Origin: a virus
DNA: 53,746 bases
IMG/VR virus record: IMGVR_UViG_3300009156_000037
Strand: one strand, 5' to 3'
The translations under genes and the position numbers were made by a program. A model generated the notes under the pieces. The model made no database searches. It saw only the letters and a program-made list of their open reading frames with translations, and was not told the origin of the DNA. The stretch's first letter is position 1. The number at the start of each line of letters is the position of its first letter. Shown here piece by piece: positions 7,630 through 18,000 of this stretch.

Positions 7630-8063
7630 GCAACTCGCTCCGTGGTTTGGTCTTTGAGTACCCACATGCCGAGGATGCCCAGGTCTATTGCGTTGAGCTG
7701 ACCTTGTCGAATTTCCACCATCAGACGTTCCAGGGGCGTGCCTTTCTGTTCGGCGTAGTGGTGGAGTGGGGTGACGTCGTTGAGTTGGTACCCGGCGTCC
7801 TCGAACTGTTCGATTGTTTTGAGTGCTCTGTTGTAGAAACGCCCAATTCTGCCAGCGGTGAGTGGGCGGATCATGATCGCCTCGGCTGGATCACGTTCCC
7901 ATAGCCGGTACGCCGCCGGTGAGGTTTGAAGCAGTTCAGACATGAAGCTGCGGCTCACCCCCAGCTTGGTGCGCAGCTCCAGCAGGGCGCCGGAGGAGAT
8001 GGCATCCCGGCCAGCCTGTTCGTCTTGGGCAAGGTAGTACTCGTACACGTCGTCCAGACTCAT
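7626..8063 (-). CDS. HTH DNA-binding protein, first gene of the leftward block
   Basis: ATG at 8063 follows GGAAGGGAGAGG. LRTKLGVSRSFMSELLQTSPAAYRLWER is HTH-like. Confidence 0.55.
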   Translation of the reverse strand: MSLDDVYEYYLAQDEQAGRDAISSGALLELRTKLGVSRSFMSELLQTSPAAYRLWERDPAEAIMIRPLTAGRIGRFYNRALKTIEQFEDAGYQLNDVTPLHHYAEQKGTPLERLMVEIRQGQLNAIDLGILGMWVLKDQTTERVA

Positions 8064-8173
8064 GACACCCACCTCTCCCTTCCGACTTCTCGCAGGATAG
8101 ACCTCACAGATCCCCACTGGGAAGACGGTAGGGGGAGGGTGTGACAGTTTCAGTTTCCACCTAAAGTGATCAT
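8064..8173. promoter_or_regulatory. Divergent promoter region between the leftward replication block and the rightward late block
   Basis: 110-nt gap between divergent genes. GTGACA (8141-8146) and TAAAGT (8162-8167) lie on the + strand, with TATCCT on the - strand. Tandem CAGTTT CAGTTT is present. Confidence 0.45.
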
Positions 8174-9619
8174 ATGGCGCTCAGCCTGGCAGAACGGTTG
8201 GCCCTGGTCCCGGTAGAGATCAGGGAGCCGTGGCTTGCCCAGCTACCGGCCAGCGTGCTGGAGGAGATGATCCGGGGCGAGTGGTGGTTCCTGGCCCGTC
8301 CGGAGCAGATCCCACCTGAAGGTGACGAGCTGATCTACCTGTACATGGCCGGTCGGGGCGCTGGCAAGAGCCGTTCGGGCTCCGAGTGGATCGTGGACAG
8401 GGTCGAAAAGCACCCCTTTGACCGTCATGGGGTACCCACCGAGTGGCTGGTCGTGGCCAACACCTTGGCCGATGCCCGCACCATCAACGCCGAAGGTCCG
8501 TCAGGGATCTTGAACGTGCTCAACCGGCGTCGTATCGAGCATCGATACAAGCAGTCGCCACGACCGATGGTCCTGTTCCCGGACGGTGCCAAGATCTATC
8601 TGGAGGGCGCAGACGATCCGGACACAGGGCGTGGATACAACGCCGCCGGTGCCCTTTGTGACGAGATGGCCATGTGGGTCAAACCGTATGAGACCTGGTA
8701 CGAGGGGCTCATGCCAGCACTGCGGGCTGACCTCATCAATGATCACCCACGTGCATTTGTCACCACGACCCCCAAGCCGATCAAGCTGCTCATCGAGTGG
8801 CTGGCCCGCGACGACGGCTCCGTTCATGTTATTACCGGATCAACATTTGACAACGCAACGAACCTTTCACGTCACGTCTTGGCGGAACTACGTAAACGGT
8901 ACGAGGGCACTGCCCTGGGCGAGCAGGAGCTGTACGGCAAGCTACTGGAGCTGTCCGGCGGTGGCCTTTTCAAGCGGATGGACATCGTCAAGAACCGGGT
9001 TACCCGTGCCTATGTCGATGAGCAGGACATCATCTCCACCATCGTCGGGATGGACCCGAACCTTACCGGCGAAGAGGCCGAGACTGGGATCGTCGTGATG
9101 AGCCGTTCCAAAGACGATCATCAATATGTTCTGGCTGATCGCACCGTGCCGTACTCCGGAAGGGCAGCATCCCTGGCAGCCTGGCGGGCAGTGGCAGAGT
9201 TCGGCGCCGACTTCCTCGTCTACGAAGAGAACCTCGGCAAACGGTTCCTGCAAGAAGTCCTCCAGGACGCTTACCAAGAGCTGGTCGAGGAAGGTTTGTT
9301 CCCCCGCTACACCACCGCACCTATGAAGCCAGTCCATGCCCGTCATGGCAAGAAAACCCGGGCCGAACCGGTGGCTATGCGCAGCGAACAGGGTCGTCTA
9401 CACCTGGTCGGCGAGTGGGAGCAGCTGGAAAACCAGATGGTTCTGTTCGACCCGGAGTCCACCCGAGAGTCGCCGGACCGCATGGATGCCATGGTCCACG
9501 CCTCGTTGCAGCTGATGGCTGGGGAGAAGAAGCGGATGCGTATCGCGGACCCGTCCCGGTATGCCTGGAACATTGACCCGTCCGGCTACAGCGTGACCAA
9601 CCTTGAGAATCTCGTCTAA
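8174..9619 (+). CDS. Terminase large subunit
   Basis: Walker A is LYMAGRGAGKSRSG and Walker B-like is ALCDEMAMW. The nuclease half has GMDP... and DRMDAMVHA. It is followed by the portal gene. Confidence 0.9.
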   Translation: MALSLAERLALVPVEIREPWLAQLPASVLEEMIRGEWWFLARPEQIPPEGDELIYLYMAGRGAGKSRSGSEWIVDRVEKHPFDRHGVPTEWLVVANTLADARTINAEGPSGILNVLNRRRIEHRYKQSPRPMVLFPDGAKIYLEGADDPDTGRGYNAAGALCDEMAMWVKPYETWYEGLMPALRADLINDHPRAFVTTTPKPIKLLIEWLARDDGSVHVITGSTFDNATNLSRHVLAELRKRYEGTALGEQELYGKLLELSGGGLFKRMDIVKNRVTRAYVDEQDIISTIVGMDPNLTGEEAETGIVVMSRSKDDHQYVLADRTVPYSGRAASLAAWRAVAEFGADFLVYEENLGKRFLQEVLQDAYQELVEEGLFPRYTTAPMKPVHARHGKKTRAEPVAMRSEQGRLHLVGEWEQLENQMVLFDPESTRESPDRMDAMVHASLQLMAGEKKRMRIADPSRYAWNIDPSGYSVTNLENLV

Positions 9620-9681
9620 CAGAAATTTAGAGCATTTTTGTATCTACCTATTGCGTAGATCTTCCCCTTAAGCTATAGGGC

Positions 9682-9969
9682 ATGACGCTGGTCGTAATCC
9701 TCGTCGTGGCAGTAGCGGCCGTGACCCGCCTGACGCGGCTGTTCGTGAACGACGAGATCATGGTCGGCTATCGACGGTGGGTGGTACACCGGTTCGGGGC
9801 CGATTCGAAAGCCAGCTACTGGGCCCACTGTCCTTGGTGCACGTCCATGTGGGTCGCCGCGCTTGTCATGCCACCAGCTGTGGTGTGGCCTAACCGGTGG
9901 GTGCTTGCCGGACTTGCTGTTCCCGCAGCTAGCCTAGTCACTGGACTGATCTTGGAGCGTGAGAAGTAA
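9682..9969 (+). CDS. Small membrane protein, DUF1360-like
   Basis: Hydrophobic segments plus HCPWCTSMWVAAL, matching the C-x-W-C...W motif of that family. Confidence 0.55.
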   Translation: MTLVVILVVAVAAVTRLTRLFVNDEIMVGYRRWVVHRFGADSKASYWAHCPWCTSMWVAALVMPPAVVWPNRWVLAGLAVPAASLVTGLILEREK

Positions 9970-11885
9970 TGAACCTGCGGGGGCAACGTAAGAGCAGGGA
10001 CCTGGCGGTCCCACACGTGGCGCCAGAGTCCCTTGTTGCTTCCGCCGCGCGCATTACCTCCCTAGAAGGTGGCGGCTGGCGCACCTACAAGTTCGGTGAC
10101 GAAACGTGGCAGCAGGAGACATGGCGTCTCTACGACCTGATCGGTGAATTCCACTTCCTCGCCAACTGGATCGGATCGGCCTGCTCCCGGGTGCGTATCT
10201 ATGTTGCCAACGTAGACGACAACGGGCGCATCCAGCAGGAATCCACTGACAAGAAGGTGGTCGGACTTGCCGACACCCTGTTCGGTTCCCCCACCGCCAA
10301 ATCTGAGGCATTGCGAATGCTTGGTGTCAACCTGACTGTGGCTGGCGCCTGCTACATCATCGGTCGCTCCACCGATGATCCTGAGGAAGACGACTGGGCG
10401 GTGGTGTCCTGTTCCGAGCTGCGCCGCTACGGGGGCGACGTCTCGTTTGTGTGGCCGGACGGTAGCAAGGAGAAGCTCAACCCGGAGCGGGACATCATCA
10501 TCAGGGTGTGGACCCCCCATCCGAGACGGAGCATGTGGGCTGACTGTCCAGCCCGTGCCGCCATGCCGATGCTGTGGGAGATTGAGCGGTTGACCCGCTA
10601 CGTCTTCGCGCAGATCGACTCACGCCTGGTCTCTGCCGGTATGGTGCCGATCCCGAAGGAGACCAGCTTCCCTGACATTGACTCCGATATCACGGGGGCG
10701 GAGGCCCTGACTGAACGATTCGTTCGGTTGGGGTCTGCTTCATTGAAGGGGGAGGGCACGGCGGCGGGCGTGGTACCCATGTTCGTGGAGATGCCGATGG
10801 AGGCACTCGGCAAGATCAGTAATGTGGAGTTCGCCTCGACGTTGTCTCAGCAGGCTATGGAGCTGCGTTCGGAGGCCATTCGCCGGTTCGCTTTGGCGAT
10901 GGACGTGGACCCATCCATCCTGTCCGGGGCGGGGGAGGCCAACCACTGGGGCGCCTGGCAGATCATGGAAGGCCAAATCAAGATCCACATTGAGCCCCTC
11001 ATGACCCGTATCTGTGACGCCCTCACCCAAGCCTACCTACGACCCGCTCTCAAAGACGTCAAAGGCAAAGACCCCGATCGCTTTGCCTACTGGTTCGACA
11101 CTGCCCCCCTGACCGTACGGCCACAGCGTCTCCAAGACACCCTCAACCTGTACGAGAAGAACATCGTCAGCGCGCAAGCGGTTCGCCTAGCCGGCGACTA
11201 CAAGAACTCCGACGCACCCAGCGACGACGAAGACGTCCAGCGGTTCATGCGCGAGTTGATGCTGCGTGACCCCAATCTGTTCCAGATCCCCGCCGTACGC
11301 AAAGTTGTCGGCATCACCGACGAGATCCTGCCACCCGACACAGTCGTTACCCCCATGCCAACTGGCCCCGGTGGTGCCGGGCCACCCCCGCCGCCACCCC
11401 CGCCCACCGGGATCGTGCCCGTCAACCCGGCCCCTATACCAGTCGACTCGGAAGCCCAGAACGCCCTACCCGGACCTGGTGGGGGCAAAGGTGTCCCGTC
11501 CGGCGCCCCCACCGGCGTGGTGGCCTCCACCGGGGTACCCAACCAGCTCACCACATTCGTGGTCGCCAACGCGGCTGTACTGCGGGCCCTGGAAGTGGCC
11601 GGCAAACGGCTGGCCGGAAACTACCATCGCCTCGACTTCACCGTACTGTCCCACGAAATCCACACCAAAATGAAGCCCGACCCTGATAAAACCCTCAAGC
11701 TGCTCAATGGGGCTTGGGATCATTTGGAGATCCTCGCTACACATCTCAACCTTGATGTGGATGTTCATAAACTTCAGCAGGTGTTGCACGGCTACTGTAT
11801 GCAGTTGCTGGAGTCGGGGCAGCCGCATCAGGTTCAACACTTGGCCGATGTGTTGAAGCGACGGGGGCTCATCGATGCCCCGTGA
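9969..11885 (+). CDS. Portal protein
   Basis: A 638-aa ORF directly after the terminase region and before the MuF-like gene. Coupled by TAATG. It carries an internal poly-Pro tract. Confidence 0.75.
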   Translation: MNLRGQRKSRDLAVPHVAPESLVASAARITSLEGGGWRTYKFGDETWQQETWRLYDLIGEFHFLANWIGSACSRVRIYVANVDDNGRIQQESTDKKVVGLADTLFGSPTAKSEALRMLGVNLTVAGACYIIGRSTDDPEEDDWAVVSCSELRRYGGDVSFVWPDGSKEKLNPERDIIIRVWTPHPRRSMWADCPARAAMPMLWEIERLTRYVFAQIDSRLVSAGMVPIPKETSFPDIDSDITGAEALTERFVRLGSASLKGEGTAAGVVPMFVEMPMEALGKISNVEFASTLSQQAMELRSEAIRRFALAMDVDPSILSGAGEANHWGAWQIMEGQIKIHIEPLMTRICDALTQAYLRPALKDVKGKDPDRFAYWFDTAPLTVRPQRLQDTLNLYEKNIVSAQAVRLAGDYKNSDAPSDDEDVQRFMRELMLRDPNLFQIPAVRKVVGITDEILPPDTVVTPMPTGPGGAGPPPPPPPPTGIVPVNPAPIPVDSEAQNALPGPGGGKGVPSGAPTGVVASTGVPNQLTTFVVANAAVLRALEVAGKRLAGNYHRLDFTVLSHEIHTKMKPDPDKTLKLLNGAWDHLEILATHLNLDVDVHKLQQVLHGYCMQLLESGQPHQVQHLADVLKRRGLIDAP

Positions 11886-12600
11886 CAACGATGAGGCCAC
11901 CGTGTACCGGGTCGTGTCGGCAGCGCTGACCCGGTGGCTCAGCGCCACTCGGGACTTGGTGATGGCCCCATTTCGTCGCTACCGGCTGATGCCCAACCCG
12001 TCTGGCGTCGCGGCGACTCAGCAGTTGTGGGACGACGAGGTGGACACGATCATCACCGTCCTAGGACGCATCGCTATGGGTGCCTGGGCTGAAGCCACTG
12101 ATGTCCCCCCGGTGTCCCGCCACGCCTTCGTTATGAGTCAGCTCGCCCAAACCCAGAACCTGCTAGTTCGCATCCCAGACGAGGTGTACAACCTGGTCTT
12201 TGCCGAGATAACAGATGGGGTGAATGCCGGTGAAAATTTGGATCAGGTGGCTGCGCGCATTGACGCGCTTCTCAACTTCACCGCAAGCGAAAGATGGCCC
12301 AATCGCGCCCGCACCATTGCCACCACTGAAGTTACCCGTGCTTATGGCGCTGGAACTCTCGCCGCTGGCATGGAACAGTCCCGTGTCACCGGTCGAATGC
12401 TGCGCAAACGCTGGGACACTGAACACGATCAGCGTGTACGGGCCACCCACCGTGACGTGGATGGTGCGGTAGTGGACTTGACCATGCCCTTCTACGTGGG
12501 TGGTTTTCCACTTCTTTTCCCCGGTGACCCTTTAGCACCGGCCGATGAAGTGGTCAACTGTAGATGCGACCTGGTCATCGTTAACGAGAGGGGTCGGTGA
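11875..12600 (+). CDS. MuF-like minor head protein
   Basis: RARTIATTEVTRAYGAG, DQRVRATH and VVNCRCDL are typical Phage_Mu_F/SPP1 gp7 blocks. Confidence 0.75.
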   Translation: MPRDNDEATVYRVVSAALTRWLSATRDLVMAPFRRYRLMPNPSGVAATQQLWDDEVDTIITVLGRIAMGAWAEATDVPPVSRHAFVMSQLAQTQNLLVRIPDEVYNLVFAEITDGVNAGENLDQVAARIDALLNFTASERWPNRARTIATTEVTRAYGAGTLAAGMEQSRVTGRMLRKRWDTEHDQRVRATHRDVDGAVVDLTMPFYVGGFPLLFPGDPLAPADEVVNCRCDLVIVNERGR

Positions 12601-15068
12601 TGGTAGACCCGAACCCGGCCCGAGGGATGCCACTGGCGTTGCAGCGCTACTGGCTGGCGGGTAAAGGCGCGGCGAAGATTCGCTGGGGTATGCCGCACGA
12701 TTTCAACCGGTGCGTGCGACAACTGCGCAAGTACTTCCCGAAAAACCCTCAAGGCTTGTGCAACATCCTGCACCAGAAAGCTCTGGGTGCCCCGCCCGGT
12801 AAAGGCCATCCTGGCGAGCACGCCATGCTCGCGGCGGCCAGTGAGATGCAAGACATGGGCGCGCTGTGGGCTGGCCCGCTTGCCCCCATCGGGCGCCCCA
12901 CTGGTGAACCCGCCAAGACGCGGGTGTTCGAACCGGGTTCGATGGGGCACCGCTCGCTGCCGCTGCCGTTGGCCTACCGCAAGGTCAACTCGGGTTCACA
13001 CCAAGGTGCGGTCACCGTGGGCCGCATCCTCGGCTTCACCATCGGCCCCGACCACGAAGGCCAGGACTGGGCCTGGGCGTGGGGGGACTGGCTCAACGAG
13101 GACATCGTGCCCGAGGTCAAAGAGGCTCGGTACATGGTCCAGCAGGGTGTGGTCGGTCCCAGCGTCGACCCCGGTGGGCGGGCCATCGCCACCATCAACC
13201 CGGAAAATGGCTACGAGCACACCATCGAGTACACGGTCGGTGGGGTCACCCTGGTCGCTATCCCCGCGTTCGCGTCGATGCGCCTGTTCGATTTGGACGA
13301 GGATGGCATGTGGCCGGACGACGACCCCGACATGATGGGTGACTATGAGGGATTCGACTCTGACGACAGCGCTGACTGTGGCTGTGGCGACGGATATGTC
13401 TTACGTGTGGGTGAGGCCGACACGTATGCGGTCAACCCGGCCGGGTGGCGTGGGCTCCCCCTGGCGCCTCGTGATGCAGTCTTTGACAATGACGACGCGG
13501 TCAAGCGGATCACCGCGTGGGCCCAGGTCAACGCCCAGGGTGCTGACGTCGATAAGCTGCGCCGCGCATTCATGTGGCGAGACCCCCGCCAGCCGGAGAC
13601 GGCGACCCAGGCGTACCGCCTTCCGGTAGGCGACATCATCAACGGACGACTGACTTTGATCTACCACGCCATCTACGCCGCCGCCGCCCTGATCTCCGGC
13701 GCCCACGGTGGGCTCCCCAACGTGCCCGATGAGGACAAGAACCAGCTCCGCAACGTCATCACCGACATCTACAAGGAGATGGCGGCCGAATTCAATGACC
13801 CATCGGTGCGGGCCCCCTGGGACCGGCCAGAGACGCAAGGTAAGGAGTTCGCCATGGCCGATTCCCCCGTTGAGCCCTACGGTGACGTGAAGTACGCCGA
13901 CCCTGGCTACCGGGACAACAAGAAGCGCTACCCGATCGACACGGAGGAACACGCTCGGGCGGCCTGGAGCTACATCAACAAGCGCAAGAATGCCGCGTTC
14001 TACACTCCCGAACAGCTCAAAACGATCAAGGAACGGATCCGGGCTGCCCTGAAGAAGTTCGGAGTAACCGTGTCCGAGGAGGCCGGCGAACACGCCATGG
14101 ACTACGCACACCTACTCAACCCACCAGCGGCCTGGTTCGAGGACCCCGAGTTCGACGCCAGGACGCCGCTCACCGTCACCGACGATGGGCAGGTCTACGG
14201 CCACCTGGCCGCATGGGGCGAGTGTCATCGCGACGTCACCAACCGGGAATGTGTCCTGGCGCCCCACTCCAAGCAGGGCTACGACCCGTTCCACCTTGGT
14301 GCGGTGCAGACCGACGACGGCAAGCTGGTCAAAGTCGGCAAGATCGTCATGGACACCCGTCACGCCGACATCCGCCACGGATACGCCTCCGCCGCCCTGC
14401 ACTACGACAACACCGGTGACGAGGTTGCCGTGGTCCGGGCAGGCGAAGATGAGCATGGCGTATGGGTGGCCGGTGCGGTAGTACCCGAGGTCGACCAGAA
14501 GAAGATCGCCAAGCTGCGCCGCTCCCCACTGTCCGGGGACTGGCGCCGCGTCGACGGCAACCTGGAGCTGACCGCCGCCCTGGCCGTCAACGTGCCCGCC
14601 TTCCCCGTGTACGCCATGGACGGTGACGAGCGAACCGCTCTCGTCGCTGCCGGAGCTGTCTACCCCGACCCGGAAGCAGGCACCTTCAGCATCGACATGG
14701 ACCAGATCCGGGAGCATGTCCGCGACCAGGTACAGGAGCAGGAAGCCCAGGAGGATCGGGGTTGGCGGCTGCGGGAAATCCTGGAACAGGAGGAGGACCT
14801 GCTTCAAGCCAAACGGGCCGCCATGCTCGCGGCCATTTATGCTGCGGAAACAGGAGATGCCCCCCTACCAGTTCAGCAGGACGTGGCTGATTTGGCGTCG
14901 GAGGCGGCCATGTTGGACCGTCAAGCCAACGCCCAGTTCACCATCGTGCAAGAGCCGGAAGGGGCCAACTCCTCTGGTCAGGAAGTGGAGGAGCCGGCCC
15001 CAGTCCAGGGCGAAGGTCAGGTTCCTGTGTCGCAGGCTAGCGTGCCAGGACAGGGAGCGGGGTACTAA
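12597..15068 (+). CDS. Capsid maturation protease (multi-domain, scaffold-like acidic C-terminus)
   Basis: YWLAGKGAAKIRWGMPHDFNRCV, YADPGYRDNKKRYPIDTEEHARAAWSYI and HLAAWGECHRD are blocks I associate with actinophage head proteases. It lies between the MuF and capsid genes. Confidence 0.6.
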   Translation: MMVDPNPARGMPLALQRYWLAGKGAAKIRWGMPHDFNRCVRQLRKYFPKNPQGLCNILHQKALGAPPGKGHPGEHAMLAAASEMQDMGALWAGPLAPIGRPTGEPAKTRVFEPGSMGHRSLPLPLAYRKVNSGSHQGAVTVGRILGFTIGPDHEGQDWAWAWGDWLNEDIVPEVKEARYMVQQGVVGPSVDPGGRAIATINPENGYEHTIEYTVGGVTLVAIPAFASMRLFDLDEDGMWPDDDPDMMGDYEGFDSDDSADCGCGDGYVLRVGEADTYAVNPAGWRGLPLAPRDAVFDNDDAVKRITAWAQVNAQGADVDKLRRAFMWRDPRQPETATQAYRLPVGDIINGRLTLIYHAIYAAAALISGAHGGLPNVPDEDKNQLRNVITDIYKEMAAEFNDPSVRAPWDRPETQGKEFAMADSPVEPYGDVKYADPGYRDNKKRYPIDTEEHARAAWSYINKRKNAAFYTPEQLKTIKERIRAALKKFGVTVSEEAGEHAMDYAHLLNPPAAWFEDPEFDARTPLTVTDDGQVYGHLAAWGECHRDVTNRECVLAPHSKQGYDPFHLGAVQTDDGKLVKVGKIVMDTRHADIRHGYASAALHYDNTGDEVAVVRAGEDEHGVWVAGAVVPEVDQKKIAKLRRSPLSGDWRRVDGNLELTAALAVNVPAFPVYAMDGDERTALVAAGAVYPDPEAGTFSIDMDQIREHVRDQVQEQEAQEDRGWRLREILEQEEDLLQAKRAAMLAAIYAAETGDAPLPVQQDVADLASEAAMLDRQANAQFTIVQEPEGANSSGQEVEEPAPVQGEGQVPVSQASVPGQGAGY

Positions 15069-15071
15069 CAC

Positions 15072-18000
15072 ATGGCCGGTGTCGGCGACAGCTGGGGCAC
15101 GCGGGAGGAACTACTCCACCCACGTGACCGTCATGGCCGTTTCCGCTCCGCGTGGAAGATGGCCGAAGGTGTCGTCGACAAGCTCATATCACGGCTGGCC
15201 GCATTCAACCCCCGCACCTTCACCTCCGACGAGGAGGCGGGTCACTACTCCCAGGCTCGGGGCGGACGCTACAAGCGTGGTGAGAACCGGGAAAGCGTCG
15301 TTCGGGCCATGTTCCGGGGCTACAGCACTGTCAACGACGACCTGCGGGCTGGTAAAACACCACCCGAGGTGGCGGTCTTTGACCGGGCCATGCAACCCAC
15401 CGACGAGGACCTCATCCTGTCCCGAACCGTAGGCCCGGAAGCGTTCGGTCTCGACGCGTCCACCATTGACCAGATTGAGGAGTACACCGGCAAACTGGTC
15501 GCCGACAAGGCCTACAGCTCGGTACAGCTGGGCACCCCCACCCGACGTCCCGGTTCAGTCACCATCACCTACGCCACCCCCAAAGGCACCCCGGCCATCT
15601 TCCCGTGGGCGTCGCCTGGACAGGCGACCAGGGAGGTGATCCTGGACCACGATCAGCCGTTCCGGATCACCAAGGTGGACCCTGATGGCCAAGGTGGGTA
15701 CTCAGTCTTGGCGGTAGTGGAGCCCAAAGGTACTGGCGGCGAGGTCAAGCCGATAGGGACCAGAGCACTACAACCGACTACCCCAGAACCTGAGGCCCCC
15801 AACGCTCCTGCCGCCCCGCAGGCACCTGTGCAGACTGGTCAACCGGGACGGCCGGAGATCCCACCGGCCCCCCGCAACGAGCCGGTGATCAGTGAGTCCA
15901 TCGGCGGTGGCCCCCAGGCCCCAGGGGCACCTGAGGCCCCAGGAACACCACAGGCACCACAGGTGACCACCCCGGAAGCTCCAGCCGCACCAGTGGACTT
16001 CCGGCAGGCTGTCAAGGACGCCAACCTGCCGGTGCCATCGAAAGGCCCACGGCGCAAGGCATGGAATGAGGCCTTCCTCAGCCTGACCATGCGTCGTCGT
16101 GATCCTGATGATGTGCTTCGCGAGTTGGACTCCGACATGAAGGCCTTCCGCCTTGAACAGGAGGATCGCCTATCGCGTGGCGAAAAGGCGGACCTGCATT
16201 TCGGCGACGACCTGGACGCTCTCAAGCAGCTCGACGACCTGATCCGGGAGAACTACAACATTCCGAGGACCGGGGAAAAGCAGGCCCTGGCACCTGAGGC
16301 CCCCGCTGCGCTCGAAGCCCCCGCTGCTCCGAAGCGTCGCCGTGGCGGTGGTGGATCTCAAAGCAACGCTACCCCCAAGGAGAAGGCCGCCGTTCGGCAA
16401 AGTCAACGGGAACGTGGCATTCGCAAAGAGGCGCCACCTAAGAAGCAGGCGCCGCCACCACAGGTACCCGAGCCGTCTACTGAGGGGCAGCAACTTCTCG
16501 ACGCCGCTGGGATCACCGCCAAGCCGAAGACGGACATGGGCAGGGCAGGTATCGCTATCACAGCGGACCAGGTTGCCCGTAAGAAGCTATCCAAGAAGAA
16601 GGCCGGCGAGCGGCTACGGTCATTTGCCGACAGTGGCACGGCCGGTGAGGACGCTGACCTGGTTCGGCAAGTTGCTGATGCCATTGATCCACCGAAGTTG
16701 GCCGCCCCCACCAAGAAGGCCGTCCCAGCTGAGGCTGTTCCTGAGCCGTCTACGCCTGCTGGTGTGCCTGGATTCCGGTCCCGCAAGATAGCTGGGTCGC
16801 CGGACACTCGTATTGGTGCCGAGACCCAGCGTTACGTGGATGATTTGGTTAAGCGCGGGGACTACGAGGGTGCCCGCACTCGGATAAAGTCGGCTGTCGC
16901 CGACCTGCGGTCTCGCAAGCTCACCAACGACGACCTGTTGTCTAGGCTGGACAGTGATCCAGATTCCCTGGAATCCACTCGTAAAGGTGAGATTGAGGCG
17001 CTGCGTAACCTGGACGAGGAGATCGCGCACCAGGCGAAGAAGGCTGCACCAGCCAAGAAGGCGGCACCTGAGCCACGTACCCCCGGTCAACCGCCCAGGC
17101 GAGCGGTGAAGAAGGTTGCCCCTGAGGGTGCCTTGGCACCCACGCCCAAGGCTGAGGCTGAAGCGGGACGTAAGCCCACCTTGGACGAGGTCCGGGGGAT
17201 GAAAGTTACCGAGCTTCGGGCCGAGGCCAAGAAGCACGGCATCAAGATCTCCTCCACCCGGAAGGCGGACATCGCGGAGGAGCTGGCCCGCAAACTGGAC
17301 CTGACACCAGGTGAAGGTCAGCCACCGGCCAAGAAGGTGGCCAAGGCTGTCGTCCCCACTGACCTTGATGCGGACCTCAACACCACCATCCCTAACCTGC
17401 GCAAGATCGCCGAGCAGGAGCAGATCGAGGTACCCAAGAGCGTCAGGCTCAAGGCTGATCTTCAGCGCTACATCCACGACACGCGCCGCAGTGGTGCCCC
17501 GATCCGAGCGCAGCAGGCACAAGAACGCATTAAGGCCACCAAGACCGACCTGAAGGACGTCAACGCACCCGAGGCGGCCCAGGTGGTGCTGGACCGGATG
17601 ACCATCGCCCAGATGCGTCAGCTAGCTGATGAGAAGGGCATCACCATCCCAAAGACGGCCAAGCGGAAGGCCGACGTCAAAGAGGCCTTGGCTCGTAGCC
17701 TCAATCCACCGGATACGTTCAAGCCGGCCCCCGCACCTGCACGTGAGGCGCCCCCCATCCAGATCCCCGAAGACCACCCGGCGGTGCAGCTCGTGGACCG
17801 GATGCTGAACGAGTTGAACCAAACCCAGATCCGGGAGGCCCTCGCCGAGCAGGGCATCACTGACATCCTGCCTGAAGGGGACCTTGACCGGGAGAAAATC
17901 CTCCACGCCATGTTCCGTCGCGCTGCCCAGATGGAGCTGGCCCACATCCAGGCGCAGCGAGTCAAACGCAAGAAGGCCGCCGCGAAGGTCACTGAGGCGT

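Noticed and set aside
7626-8063. Small terminase subunit candidate adjacent to the large terminase.
   Set aside because: It lies on the opposite strand in the divergent replication block and looks like an XRE-type HTH regulator. No small terminase could be assigned.
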